From: an uncultured Candidatus Saccharibacteria bacterium
GTDB lineage: Bacteria > Patescibacteriota > UBA1384 > XYA2-FULL-43-10 > 1-14-0-10-43-13
Reading direction: 5' to 3'
DNA: 64,000 nucleotides
Assembly: GCA_964364265.1 (NCBI GenBank)
Contig: CAYILA010000004.1
Span: forward strand, 9,126 to 73,125
Shown here: one piece after another, positions 38,746 through 48,488 of the stretch
Layout: each line of letters starts with the position of its first letter
Position numbering within the stretch: the stretch's first letter is position 1
Notes under the pieces: generated by a model
Seen by the model: the letters and a program-made list of their open reading frames with translations, nothing else
What the model was told of the DNA's origin: nothing
Database searches by the model: none
Made by a program: the position numbers and the translations under genes

Positions 38746-40250
38746 AGAAATACAATCTCTCTTTTTACGACTTGATAATCTCTGCCATAAATCAATGGCG
38801 GACGCTCTTCAATATATCCTAAACTTTTAATTTCGTCAACACTCTCCCAATACAAACTGTAGCGTTTATTTTCCGTTGTCTCGATGAGTGGAAATACGAT
38901 ACAGACCGCCTCAATCTTTTTATCCAACTTTTTGATATTTTTCAAGAAATTGATGTAAGTATCCTTCACTTTCCGGTACTCACCTGCGGCGGCGCTCTGT
39001 GAAGGCATAAACTTCTTTGGCTCACCCAAGTAAGGTTCCGTAACCAGAACCATATTAGAATCTAGATTTTTGCCATGCCTGCCGGCAGGCAGGATTTTAG
39101 AATTTAGAATATTAATAAGTTCAGATGAAGTTGCATCTTCCTTAAAAAATCCTAAATTCGTACTTCTAGAATCTAGCATCTTCTCTTTTAGCCATTCCAA
39201 ATTCTTTTTTGTGTCTGATACCGCCTTCTCACTGATATCAGAGCCGATTACATCGCACCACAGCATCGCGGCTTCCATTAAAATATTACCGGAACCGCAG
39301 AAGGGATCTACCACCGCACAACGGTGGAAATCCAAATCCCTAATATCTAAATCCGAAACAATTTTTGAATTTTCAAAATTCGAATTTTTGATTTCTTTAG
39401 GATTTAGGATTTCGGATTTCGGATTTGCGTATGCGAGTGCAATGTTAACCATTGCACGAGCTAATTTATGTGGCATCATTCCCGAATATTTGTCAAAAGC
39501 CGGTTTTTCGTAGTCTCGCTCTGACCATTCTTCCGCATCGCTCAAACCGACGAGAACCCCCGCTGCCACCCCCGGTGTGGCAGCGGGGGTGTCGAACAAT
39601 CCTATCTCGATGCCTTTCCCGACAAGGTCGTTTTTAAGGGAAACGATGGATGAAAGAGCGTCCTCTTGACGAGATTCAATAAATCTTGCGGGGTGAGCGC
39701 CTTTTAACAAACGTTTTACCTCCAACCCCAAAGTATATATTTCACTCTTTTTAGCTGCGCCGAAATATTGGGAGATTCCAAAATTAATCTTACCGGTCCG
39801 CCCCATCTTCTCACGCTTAATTATGTCAGCTATTGCTATAGCCAATCCATGACTTGTCATCCCGACCGTTCCTCCTGTCATCCCGACCGAAGTGGAGGGA
39901 TCTTTTGATAGGAGACGTCGTCCCGAGCTTGCCGAGGGATTCCTCGGCTTCTTTTCATTTCGCTCGGAATGACAATTAATGAGACGGAATATTTTTATAG
40001 TGCCGCCAAGTATTTCGGAGAGCTTCGCCACTTCATCAGCTTCAATATTTTCTATGTTGATGACGGCAACATTTCCCGTTACTATGGGTTTATCAAAACA
40101 AAAACCAAGACGGCCCAAAGTCGCCTCCAACTCGACGAGCGCAATCTCTTTTTCTCGTCCCAAAACAAAAGCATATGTTCTATAGGTTTGGCTATTGTCC
40201 ATAATCGTATAATCATACCAGAAACACTTTATCCTGTCACGAGTAATCAA
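38706..40250 (-). CDS. Putative THUMP-type RNA (guanine-N2/adenine-N6) methyltransferase carrying four in-frame repeat-element insertions
   Basis: SAM motif VVDPFCGSGN; PE-1 x2 (39855-39974), PE-2 (39336-39428), GC palindrome (39068-39100) and a terminal PE-2 all read through in frame. Confidence 0.55.
   Translation of the reverse strand: MITRDRIKCFWYDYTIMDNSQTYRTYAFVLGREKEIALVELEATLGRLGFCFDKPIVTGNVAVINIENIEADEVAKLSEILGGTIKIFRLINCHSERNEKKPRNPSASSGRRLLSKDPSTSVGMTGGTVGMTSHGLAIAIADIIKREKMGRTGKINFGISQYFGAAKKSEIYTLGLEVKRLLKGAHPARFIESRQEDALSSIVSLKNDLVGKGIEIGLFDTPAATPGVAAGVLVGLSDAEEWSERDYEKPAFDKYSGMMPHKLARAMVNIALAYANPKSEILNPKEIKNSNFENSKIVSDLDIRDLDFHRCAVVDPFCGSGNILMEAAMLWCDVIGSDISEKAVSDTKKNLEWLKEKMLDSRSTNLGFFKEDATSSELINILNSKILPAGRHGKNLDSNMVLVTEPYLGEPKKFMPSQSAAAGEYRKVKDTYINFLKNIKKLDKKIEAVCIVFPLIETTENKRYSLYWESVDEIKSLGYIEERPPLIYGRDYQVVKREIVFLKYETRNPNIETN
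39336..39428. repeat. PE-2 element inside the methyltransferase CDS, in frame
   Basis: Encodes NPKSEILNPKEIKNSNFENSKIVSDL. Confidence 0.7.
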
Positions 40251-40395
40251 TAGAGACTAATTACAAATTTCTAATTCCTCATCAAATCTCAATTGTAAAA
40301 TTAAATAATTGGTGTTTGGTCATTATTTAGAAATTAGAAATTCTGATTTAGAAATTTAAGGGATCCCTCCGCTTCGGTCGGGATGACAGCAATTT

Positions 40396-43300
40396 ATGCC
40401 AGATGAATCTAAAACTGAAGAGTTCAAGCCTTCTCCCTTCGTCCACCTCCATGTGCACAGTCATTATTCGATGCTGGACGGTATGGGCAAGATCCCCGAT
40501 CTGGTCGCTAAGGCCAAAGCCGACGGTCAAACCGCCCTTGCTATTACCGACCACGGCGTCATGCATGGGGCGATTGAGTTCTATGAAGAATGTGAAAAAG
40601 AGGGCATTTTGCCCCTGATCGGGGTCGAGATATATATGGCGCCCCGGACACTCAAGGACAAAACCCCCCGGATCGACGCCAACCCCTATCACCTCGTTCT
40701 GATCGCCAAGAACGAAGAGGGTTATAAGAATCTATTAAAAATCACGACAATCGCCCATCTGGAGGGATATTATTACAAACCGAGAATCGATAAGGCCACG
40801 CTCAAGAAACACTCCGCCGGTTTGATTGCCCTTTCCGCCTGTTTGCAGGGCGAAATCCCGCGCAAAGCGCTTGAAAATATGGACAGAGCAAGAGGAGCAA
40901 TCTTGGAATACAAGGAGATATTTCCAAACGGCGATTTTTATCTCGAAGTCCAAAAACACCCCTCGATCCAGATTCAAGACCGGGTCAATAAATTGATATT
41001 ACAACTTGCCAAAGAAACTGGTCTCAAAGTAGTCGCCACCTGCGACACCCATTATGTCAATCCGGACGACGCCATTGCCCAAGACGCTCTCATCTGCCTC
41101 CAGACCGGCCGTATTCTCTCCGATACCAACCGTATGTCGATGAAGGGGGATGATTACTCCTTAAAGACCACCGCCGAGATGATGGCCAATTTCCCCGATA
41201 ATCCCGAGACAATCACTAACACCCAAGAGATCGCGGAGAAGTGCAACCTTCACCTCGAGCTCGGCGGAATGATCTTTCCGGTCTTTCCTGTCCCGGAGAA
41301 CTATAGCATTGAATCTTATTTTATGGAGAAGGCCTATCTCGGGCTGAACTGGCGCTACGGAAGCGAGAAGATCAATAAAGATGATCTATATGCCGCTATT
41401 GATGTCATTCCCACCTCCTCTCCTGTCATCCCGACCGAAGCGGAGGGATCCCTCGACTCGCAAACCACACTCTCTCGGGATGACATTTTTAATGTTCAAT
41501 TCAAGAAAATAACGGCAGATATATTAAAAATATCACCTGAAATCTGGGAACGAGCCGAATACGAACTGGGCGTGATTAATAAAATGGGCTATCAGGGCTA
41601 TTTCTTAATTGTGGCCGACTATGTCAACTGGGCCAAGGAGCAGGGAATAGCCGTCGGTCCGGGCCGCGGCTCGGCCGCCGGTTCAATCATCGCTTTCGGC
41701 ATGAATATCACCAATCTTGACCCGTTGCAGTTCGATCTCCTCTTTGAACGATTTTTGAACCCCGATCGAATAAGCATGCCGGATGTTGATATGGATTTTG
41801 CCGATTCCAGACGGGGTGAGGTAATTGAATATGTTTGTTCCAAATATGGCCGCGATCATGTCGCCCAGATTATCACCTTTGGCACCATGGCTGCCAGGAT
41901 GGCGATACGCGATGTCGGGCGGGTTTTGGGCATGAGCTATGCCGAGGTTGACCTGATAGCCAAGCTAATTCCCCTTGGCATGCATCTGCAGGAGTCGATC
42001 GATTTCGTCTCCGAGCTCAAGGATCTCTACTCGGCTAATGCTCAAGTCAAGGAGTGTCTCGATATCGCCAAGAAGCTGGAGGGTGTTGTCCGCCACGCCT
42101 CCGTTCACGCCGCAGGCGTGGTCATTTCAAAGGAAAGATTGACCGAATATGTCCCCCTCCAGGAAGCTGCCAAAGGTGATATTTCAGTCGTAACCCAGTA
42201 CTCGATGAACCCGATCGAACACCTCGGCCTTTTGAAAATGGACTTTCTCGGCCTTTCCAACCTCACCATCATCCAAAATGCTCTTCGTATCATTCGCAAA
42301 ACTAAAAATACCGAGCTCGATATTGATAGTATCCCCTTGGATGATAAAGAAAGTTACAAGCTCCTCTCCCGCGCCGAAACGATCGGCATCTTCCAATTGG
42401 AATCGGAGGGCATGCGCCGCTACCTGAAAGAACTCAAACCGAATGTCTTTGAAGATATTATCGCTATGGTCGCTCTCTATCGTCCCGGCCCGATGCAATG
42501 GATTGACTCCTTCATCGCCCGCAAACACGGCAAAGAGCCGATCAGCTACGCTCACGAAAAAGCCAAGGCCTCGCTTGAAAATACCTACGGAATCATTGTC
42601 TATCAGGAACAGTTGATGCAGATGGCCAAGGATATGGCCAATTTCAGCGGCGGCCAGGCCGACACTCTCCGCAAAGCGACCGGCAAGAAAATCAAGGAAT
42701 TGATGGTTAAGGTCGGCAAAGAGTTTGTCGAAGGTTGTATTAATAACGAGATTGATAAGAAAATCGCCGAAGAGCTTTACCACGCTATGCAGGATTTCGC
42801 CCAATACTCCTTCAACAAATCCCATGCCGCCTGCTACGCCCTAATCTCTTATCAGACCGCCTATCTTAAAGCCCACTATCCCTCCGAATTTATGGCTTCT
42901 TTAATGACCTCGAACCAGGGCGATCTCGATAAGCTGGCGATTGACATTTCCGAATGCGAGCGGATGGACATTAAAGTCCTCCCCCCTTCGGTTAATGAAT
43001 CCTTCGTCGAGTTCGGTGTGGTCAAGGAAACCGGTAATGTCCGCTTCGGCCTTTCGGCTATCAAGAATGTCGGTGCGGCCGTGGCCGAAGAGATCGTCGA
43101 GGAGAGGAAGAATAATGGAATCTATGCCGACCTCAAAAGTTTGATAACGCGGCTTGATGCCAAAGTAATAAACAAGAAATCACTCGAAGCCCTGATTATG
43201 GCCGGCGCTTTGGATGACCTGGGGGAGAGAGCCGAATTGATATACAATCTGGAACGGATTTTGAGCTTTGCCAATTCTTTTTCAAAAAACAAGACCTCGG

Positions 43301-44124
43301 GCCAGAATTCGCTCTTCGGTGAATCGGAGATTCAAATCGGCGATATTGAATTGGAAAAAACCAAACCGGCGGACCGCAAACAACGGCTGACCTGGGAGCG
43401 TGAACTTTTGGGAATGTATGTCTCGGAACACCCCCTGCAGGGAATCGCCCACACTCTTGAACCAAACCGAAACAAGAAGATGAACGAGATCACAGAAGAT
43501 ATTGAAGGCGAATTCATCCGCGTCGCCGGCATCATTACCACAATCCAAAAGATTCTAACCCGCTCCAACCAAAACATGGTCTTTGCCAAACTGGAGGATT
43601 TAAACGGCAATGTTGAAATTCTGGCTTTTCCCAAAGTTCTGGAAGCTAATCCGCTTCTCTGGCTGGCTGATAAGATCGTGGCTGTTGACGGTTATGTCTC
43701 GTTTAAGGACGGCGCGCCCAAGATTTTGGCCGAAGCGATCCATGAAATATCAGAAACTAAGAATGCCCCCGCTTTTGAACCCAGGGCTAAGAAAAAAAGG
43801 GAATTTGGTTCTCCTCCTAGGGTAGGGGGAGTTAGTAGGGGTACGAATGCACCTGATGGCCCCCAAAATGCCGTTAGTGTAGCTTCTATCACCTCCCGGA
43901 CCCCCAAATTAATAACTATTACCGTTCCGGCCGGTTCCCACATGGATATCCTGCAGGATATTAAAGAGATTTTGCAAAAGCACCCGGGCGAAACTGCCGT
44001 AACATTAAAAATCCCCAACAACGGATCGGGTTATAAAGAGATTAAAATCAAAACTAAAGTCGAGCGCAATCCGGTGCTTCTGCGCCAGTTAAAAGAATTG
44101 GTCGGCAAAGAAAATGTTGTTTAA
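40396..44124 (+). CDS. dnaE: DNA polymerase III alpha subunit
   Basis: PHP domain (HLHVHSHYSMLDG), polymerase core and OB domain; about 110-aa C-terminal extension; in-frame PE-1 insertion at 41423-41484 (PVIPTEAEGSLD...LSRDD). Confidence 0.95.
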   Translation: MPDESKTEEFKPSPFVHLHVHSHYSMLDGMGKIPDLVAKAKADGQTALAITDHGVMHGAIEFYEECEKEGILPLIGVEIYMAPRTLKDKTPRIDANPYHLVLIAKNEEGYKNLLKITTIAHLEGYYYKPRIDKATLKKHSAGLIALSACLQGEIPRKALENMDRARGAILEYKEIFPNGDFYLEVQKHPSIQIQDRVNKLILQLAKETGLKVVATCDTHYVNPDDAIAQDALICLQTGRILSDTNRMSMKGDDYSLKTTAEMMANFPDNPETITNTQEIAEKCNLHLELGGMIFPVFPVPENYSIESYFMEKAYLGLNWRYGSEKINKDDLYAAIDVIPTSSPVIPTEAEGSLDSQTTLSRDDIFNVQFKKITADILKISPEIWERAEYELGVINKMGYQGYFLIVADYVNWAKEQGIAVGPGRGSAAGSIIAFGMNITNLDPLQFDLLFERFLNPDRISMPDVDMDFADSRRGEVIEYVCSKYGRDHVAQIITFGTMAARMAIRDVGRVLGMSYAEVDLIAKLIPLGMHLQESIDFVSELKDLYSANAQVKECLDIAKKLEGVVRHASVHAAGVVISKERLTEYVPLQEAAKGDISVVTQYSMNPIEHLGLLKMDFLGLSNLTIIQNALRIIRKTKNTELDIDSIPLDDKESYKLLSRAETIGIFQLESEGMRRYLKELKPNVFEDIIAMVALYRPGPMQWIDSFIARKHGKEPISYAHEKAKASLENTYGIIVYQEQLMQMAKDMANFSGGQADTLRKATGKKIKELMVKVGKEFVEGCINNEIDKKIAEELYHAMQDFAQYSFNKSHAACYALISYQTAYLKAHYPSEFMASLMTSNQGDLDKLAIDISECERMDIKVLPPSVNESFVEFGVVKETGNVRFGLSAIKNVGAAVAEEIVEERKNNGIYADLKSLITRLDAKVINKKSLEALIMAGALDDLGERAELIYNLERILSFANSFSKNKTSGQNSLFGESEIQIGDIELEKTKPADRKQRLTWERELLGMYVSEHPLQGIAHTLEPNRNKKMNEITEDIEGEFIRVAGIITTIQKILTRSNQNMVFAKLEDLNGNVEILAFPKVLEANPLLWLADKIVAVDGYVSFKDGAPKILAEAIHEISETKNAPAFEPRAKKKREFGSPPRVGGVSRGTNAPDGPQNAVSVASITSRTPKLITITVPAGSHMDILQDIKEILQKHPGETAVTLKIPNNGSGYKEIKIKTKVERNPVLLRQLKELVGKENVV

Positions 44125-44548
44125 TTCCCTCCCCTAAATTAGGGGAGGATAGGTGGGGTACTATGAATAAATATCATTTTAATAACTCAGACATTAAAAT
44201 AATTAGACAAGTATTACGAAGAAATATGCCTCAACCGGAGGTGATCCTCTGGAATAGGATACGGGGCAAACAGTTGGGATATAAATTCAGAAGACAGTTT
44301 AGCATTATTAATTACATAATCGATTTTTATTGCCCGGAAAAACATCTTGCAATTGAAATTGATGGAGAATCTCATTTCCGACCAAGAAATATTGAATGCG
44401 ATAATATTAGAGACAATAACCTGAGAACAATTGGGATTAAAGTTTTAAGATTTACAAACATTGAGATTAAAGACAACATGGATGGGGTGATAACAGCTAT
44501 ACTTTCAGAGCTCAATACCCCCTCTTACTCCCCCTAATCTAGGGGAAG
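44113..44548. mobile_element. Hairpin A / hairpin B bounded element carrying a DUF559 gene
   Basis: Hairpin A cctcccctaaattaggggagg at 44118-44140 and hairpin B cttactccccctaatctaggggaag at 44520-44545 match the empty pair at 1117-1207. Confidence 0.5.
44163..44537 (+). CDS. DUF559 endonuclease-like protein (Vsr / restriction-endonuclease-like fold)
   Basis: QLGYKFRRQFSIINYIIDFYCPEKHLAIEIDGESH ... GIKVLRFTNIEI is the canonical DUF559 core. Confidence 0.8.
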   Translation: MNKYHFNNSDIKIIRQVLRRNMPQPEVILWNRIRGKQLGYKFRRQFSIINYIIDFYCPEKHLAIEIDGESHFRPRNIECDNIRDNNLRTIGIKVLRFTNIEIKDNMDGVITAILSELNTPSYSP

Positions 44549-44588
44549 CAAACTATTATAATTAATTAATGATTGTTATAATGTTTTT

Positions 44589-45125
44589 ATGAGCGAAAAC
44601 CAATTTGATAAAATCAAGGAGAAAGACGAGATCCTTTTGTCGGTTTACCGCAAGAGCATTCTTCCCTATTACAGCCAGTTGATACTGGGCCTGATCTGCG
44701 GTCTCGGCTCGATTATACTGACCTCCTTTTTTCCCGACCTGGCTTACGCCGCTTGGATCTTCGGCATCGGCTTCACCCTGATGGCCTATTTCATTCTACG
44801 CGCCTGGTACTGCTGGAACAAAAGCCTGTTCTTTATCACCAACTTGCGGGTGATCGCCCTGACACAGGAGGGGATTTTCTCACAGAAAAAGGAGGAATCA
44901 TATCTCGAGGACATCTGCCAGACCGCCGCCAAGGTGAAGGGCTTCAGACAGTCAATATTCCACTACGGCCGCGTCCTGGTCCAAACCGAAGCCGAACTCT
45001 GGCTTGAAGATATCGAGAGGCCGCATGAGGTTAATGACGCTATTTTCGACGCCGTCCGCAAGCATGTCCATCAACACACAAATACGCTTCCAAACAAATT
45101 CTGGAAGATGAAGGACAAGAAATAA
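44589..45125 (+). CDS. Hypothetical membrane protein (2 TM plus cytoplasmic domain)
   Basis: Architecture similar to ORF 48489-48992; no motif recognised. Confidence 0.4.
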   Translation: MSENQFDKIKEKDEILLSVYRKSILPYYSQLILGLICGLGSIILTSFFPDLAYAAWIFGIGFTLMAYFILRAWYCWNKSLFFITNLRVIALTQEGIFSQKKEESYLEDICQTAAKVKGFRQSIFHYGRVLVQTEAELWLEDIERPHEVNDAIFDAVRKHVHQHTNTLPNKFWKMKDKK

Positions 45126-45180
45126 AACAAAGCCTATCAGCATATCAGCCCCAACGGGGACCTTTCGGGTCTGGTCAGCT

Positions 45181-45209
45181 AATCAGCCTAATTACAGGCT
45201 GATTTTTTT
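45181..45209. terminator. Bidirectional rho-independent terminator (aatcagcct-aattac-aggctgatt plus T7) overlapping the 3' end of the GT4 phospho-sugar transferase gene
   Basis: Seen in the sequence. Confidence 0.7.
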
Positions 45210-46283
45210 AGTTCTGATATTAAGAAATTTAATCAGGACCACAAGCGCGACTAGGAGCACAAAAGCAAAAATTACTTTGTCCAGAGTTTTTAGTTCCAGG
45301 GCGGCGTAGCCGAAGCCGGCCGAGATTAAATATAAAAATACGATTGACTGCCGGGCCGAAAAGCCGGCCGAGAGAAACCGATGATGAAGATGGGTCTTGT
45401 CGGGGGTGGTAAATGGATTTTTATGTCGCAGAATCCGCCCGCCTGCCACCAAGACGCCGTCCAGTATCGGAAATCCCAGGACTAAAAATGCCGTTGCCAG
45501 CTTCCCGCCGGAGATGATTGCCAAAATCGCCAAGATGTAGCCCAGGAACATACTGCCGGAGTCGCCCATAAAGATTTTGGCCGGCGGAAAGTTCCAGACC
45601 AGGAACCCGGCCGCCACGCCGGCGACAATTATTGAAAGCATTGCCGTAGCCGGTTGGTTTACTCCCAAACTTATTGATAAGAAAAATATCGTCAAAGCCG
45701 AAATGCCGGCGATTCCGCCCGCCAGTCCATCCACCCCATCGACAAAATTGATCACATTCATCATCCCGACCAGCCAGATTAGAGTCAAAAGGTCGGATAT
45801 GAGCGAAAAGTGATAAGTGATGCCATGATAGGTCAATATTGGAATGTACACAGTGTTCAGATTAATCGGATTGCCGAAGGGATTTGAGAGCAGATCAATC
45901 CCGACGCCGGAGGCGATTACCATCAGCGCGGCTAATATCTGAAATGACAATTTCTGCCAGGCCCTAAGGCCGCGGATATCATCGATTAGCATCGAAAGGA
46001 CAATTATCGTCGCTCCAAACCAGATGCCGACCAAGTGTTTATCTAAAGTTAGCCAATTGCCATTTCCAAACCTCGCTTCGGTCAAATAAAGATAGGCGAT
46101 CAAGGAGGTGATCAGGAAGGACAGGAATATGGCCACACCCCCGACTCTGGGAACCGGTATTATATGAACATCCCGTTTGCGCGGTCTTCTGACTATGCCA
46201 AAACGAGCGCCCGCATTGCGCGCTAACCATGTGAGTGTAAGAGATAAACCGAAAGCTATGACAAATGCTACAAAATAATTCAT
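45192..46283 (-). CDS. Glycosyltransferase family 4 phospho-N-acetylhexosamine-1-phosphate transferase (MraY/WecA family)
   Basis: NVINFVDGVDGLAGG, IFMGDSGS and HLHHRF motifs; about 10 TM. Confidence 0.75.
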   Translation of the reverse strand: MNYFVAFVIAFGLSLTLTWLARNAGARFGIVRRPRKRDVHIIPVPRVGGVAIFLSFLITSLIAYLYLTEARFGNGNWLTLDKHLVGIWFGATIIVLSMLIDDIRGLRAWQKLSFQILAALMVIASGVGIDLLSNPFGNPINLNTVYIPILTYHGITYHFSLISDLLTLIWLVGMMNVINFVDGVDGLAGGIAGISALTIFFLSISLGVNQPATAMLSIIVAGVAAGFLVWNFPPAKIFMGDSGSMFLGYILAILAIISGGKLATAFLVLGFPILDGVLVAGGRILRHKNPFTTPDKTHLHHRFLSAGFSARQSIVFLYLISAGFGYAALELKTLDKVIFAFVLLVALVVLIKFLNIRTKKISL

Positions 46284-46336
46284 AATTTCTAATGACTAAT
46301 TTCTAATCAAACCCCAATGAACAAATAACCACTCAT

Positions 46337-46420
46337 CCATCTTGTCATTCCGGCCTAGAAGCTTGAGAGCCGGAATCTTTCTCAAGATTCCCGATCAGGT
46401 CGGGAATGACATCACTTGAT
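46337..46420. repeat. PE-1 palindromic element
   Basis: cttgtcattccggcctag ... ggtcgggaatgacatc. Confidence 0.65.
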
Positions 46421-46497
46421 TGAATTGCTAATTTGGTAATTGGTTGTTGATTAGTAATTAGAAATTCTTAATTCGACATTTGCAATGTTTAGTTCTA

Positions 46498-47100
46498 CTA
46501 AAACATTGCGGAGTGGTCTGCGCGCTCGTAATCGTATATTTCCTCTTCCGAGAACCAATGGGCAATTTCGTGCTTGGCTTCCTCTTTGTTTTCAGAAGCG
46601 TGAATCAAATTTTTGATAGCTCGACCGGATAAATTTGCAGCGGCTGGAGAGTCAATCGAGTAATCACCGCGGATTGTGCCGATCTCCGCATTGTGCGGCA
46701 AAGTAGCGCCGACGATCTTTCTAACCATGTCTACGGCGTGCACTCCCTCAACCACCATCGCCACCACCGGGGCGTCGGCAATGAAATTGACCAGCCACTC
46801 CCGAACCATCCTGCCGGCTTCCTTTTTGTCGTCGGTTCCCATTACATCCTTTGGGTTCATTCCATATTCGGCAAAAGTATTGAAACCCTTTTCTCCCAAA
46901 CGCTCAATCCAGGTCTCGTCCTTGGGATAGTGTGCGTCAACATGCTCGATCGAGGGCTTCATCATCTTCATGGCCGCAATCTTTAATCCGCGGCGCTCGA
47001 ACCTGGAAACGATATCTCCGATTAATCCTCGCTCGACACCGTCTGGTTTAACCATCACAAAAGTTCTATCCAACACGATTTCAGGTATTCGCTTATCCAT
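46498..47100 (-). CDS. ndk: Nucleoside diphosphate kinase with a ~45-aa C-terminal extension
   Basis: NDK active-site region NAEIGTIRGDY... and overall fold. Confidence 0.9.
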   Translation of the reverse strand: MDKRIPEIVLDRTFVMVKPDGVERGLIGDIVSRFERRGLKIAAMKMMKPSIEHVDAHYPKDETWIERLGEKGFNTFAEYGMNPKDVMGTDDKKEAGRMVREWLVNFIADAPVVAMVVEGVHAVDMVRKIVGATLPHNAEIGTIRGDYSIDSPAAANLSGRAIKNLIHASENKEEAKHEIAHWFSEEEIYDYERADHSAMF

Positions 47101-47107
47101 GCATCTC

Positions 47108-48394
47108 CTATAACATAAATAGATTTGTAATATCTTTCTCTTCGAGTGCCGGTCCGATGTACGCCAAAGACATTCGGTTGTCCACCAAATATTTCTTCGC
47201 TATTTTCAATATATCACTCGGTCTGACTTTTTCATACTCTTTCAAAATTTCCTCCGGTGATTTCGTAACACCGGCGATTGTCTCGTATCGGGCGTAGTGG
47301 TCGGCTACCTCGAATGAGTCCTCAAGGTCAATCATGGTCTGACCGTTTAAAATCTCCTTTACTCTGCTTAATTCTGACTCTGTTACCTCTTTTTCAGTCA
47401 CTTTCCGGTATTCATCCAATATCGCTTTGATCGTTTCTTTAACTTTTGAATGCGGCACCCCCGCCTGCGTTTCAATCGATCCCGCCTCGCGGTAACAGCC
47501 GAACGATGTCCGGACGGCGTAGGCCAACCCTCTTTTCTCCCGCACCTCGACGAACATTCTCGAACTCATCGATCCGCCCAAAATCACGCCAAGTAATTTC
47601 AAGGCGCTTCTGTCTTCGGAGACAAACGGAGGACCGAAGAAGCCAATCATCAAGTGGGACTGTTCCGTCTTTTTGGGAACGATAATTACAGATTTACTCT
47701 GATTAAGGACAATCTGTTCCGGATTCTCCGGACTGCCTGCCTTGGAGACAGCCTTTGTGCCGGTAAAAACAAATTTTTCCTCAATCAATTTTTCAATTTG
47801 CGCCTCGGTCGTCTCGCCGAAATTTCCGGCCATCGCCACAACGCAGTTCTCGGCCGTGTAGTGGTGTTTGCGATACTCCAATAAGTCATCCCTCTCCAAG
47901 CCCGACACGCTCTCCTTCGTTCCGATAATGTCGCGGCCGAGGGCGTTTTTACCAAATAGAGCTTCCTCGAATTTGTTATCGATATTCTCCATCGGTTGGT
48001 CTTCGTACATATTGATCTCTTCGATAATGACTCCTTTTTCCTTTTTCAGTTCCTCCGAGTCGTATGTCGAGTGTAAGACATTGTCGGAAACGAAATCGAC
48101 CCCCTTCTCCAAATGCTTGGGCGTGACCTTTGTGTAATAGGCGGTGTACTCCTTGCCGGTGAAGGCGTTGTGTTCGCCCCCGATCGACTCGATAAATTCC
48201 GCCACTTCCAGAAATGTCGGGCGTTTCAAGGTCCCCTTGTAGTTCATATGCTCGAGCAGATGCGAGATTCCGGCCAGTTTATCTGATTCGTGTCTGCTTC
48301 CGACTCCGAACATCGTCATAATCGTGACCACGCCGGTGGATTTATTCGGCATCAGCATCAGCCGAACCCCGTTCTTCAGAACAATCTTTTTCAT
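47108..48394 (-). CDS. M16 family zinc peptidase (insulinase-like)
   Basis: Inverted zinc motif HLLEHM at the N-terminus. Confidence 0.8.
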   Translation of the reverse strand: MKKIVLKNGVRLMLMPNKSTGVVTIMTMFGVGSRHESDKLAGISHLLEHMNYKGTLKRPTFLEVAEFIESIGGEHNAFTGKEYTAYYTKVTPKHLEKGVDFVSDNVLHSTYDSEELKKEKGVIIEEINMYEDQPMENIDNKFEEALFGKNALGRDIIGTKESVSGLERDDLLEYRKHHYTAENCVVAMAGNFGETTEAQIEKLIEEKFVFTGTKAVSKAGSPENPEQIVLNQSKSVIIVPKKTEQSHLMIGFFGPPFVSEDRSALKLLGVILGGSMSSRMFVEVREKRGLAYAVRTSFGCYREAGSIETQAGVPHSKVKETIKAILDEYRKVTEKEVTESELSRVKEILNGQTMIDLEDSFEVADHYARYETIAGVTKSPEEILKEYEKVRPSDILKIAKKYLVDNRMSLAYIGPALEEKDITNLFML

Positions 48395-48410
48395 TTATGC
48401 TCCATTCTGG

Positions 48411-48483
48411 TATGCCTGGGAGGACTTGAACCTCCGACCCCCAGCTCCGCAAGCTGGTGCTCTATCCGCTGAGCTACAGGCAC
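48411..48483 (-). tRNA. tRNA-Arg (anticodon GCG as read; unusual)
   Basis: Minus-strand cloverleaf: acceptor gtgcctg/caggcat, D-arm gctc-agcggat-agagc, anticodon stem ccagc/gctgg with loop ttGCGga, T-arm ggagg-ttcaagt-cctcc. Confidence 0.75.
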
Positions 48484-48488
48484 ATATC

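Noticed and set aside
40396-44124. Intein in dnaE or dnaB
   Set aside because: The extra length in DnaE is a C-terminal extension plus a 21-aa PE-1 insert. No Hint/LAGLIDADG blocks are present, and DnaB is of normal length.
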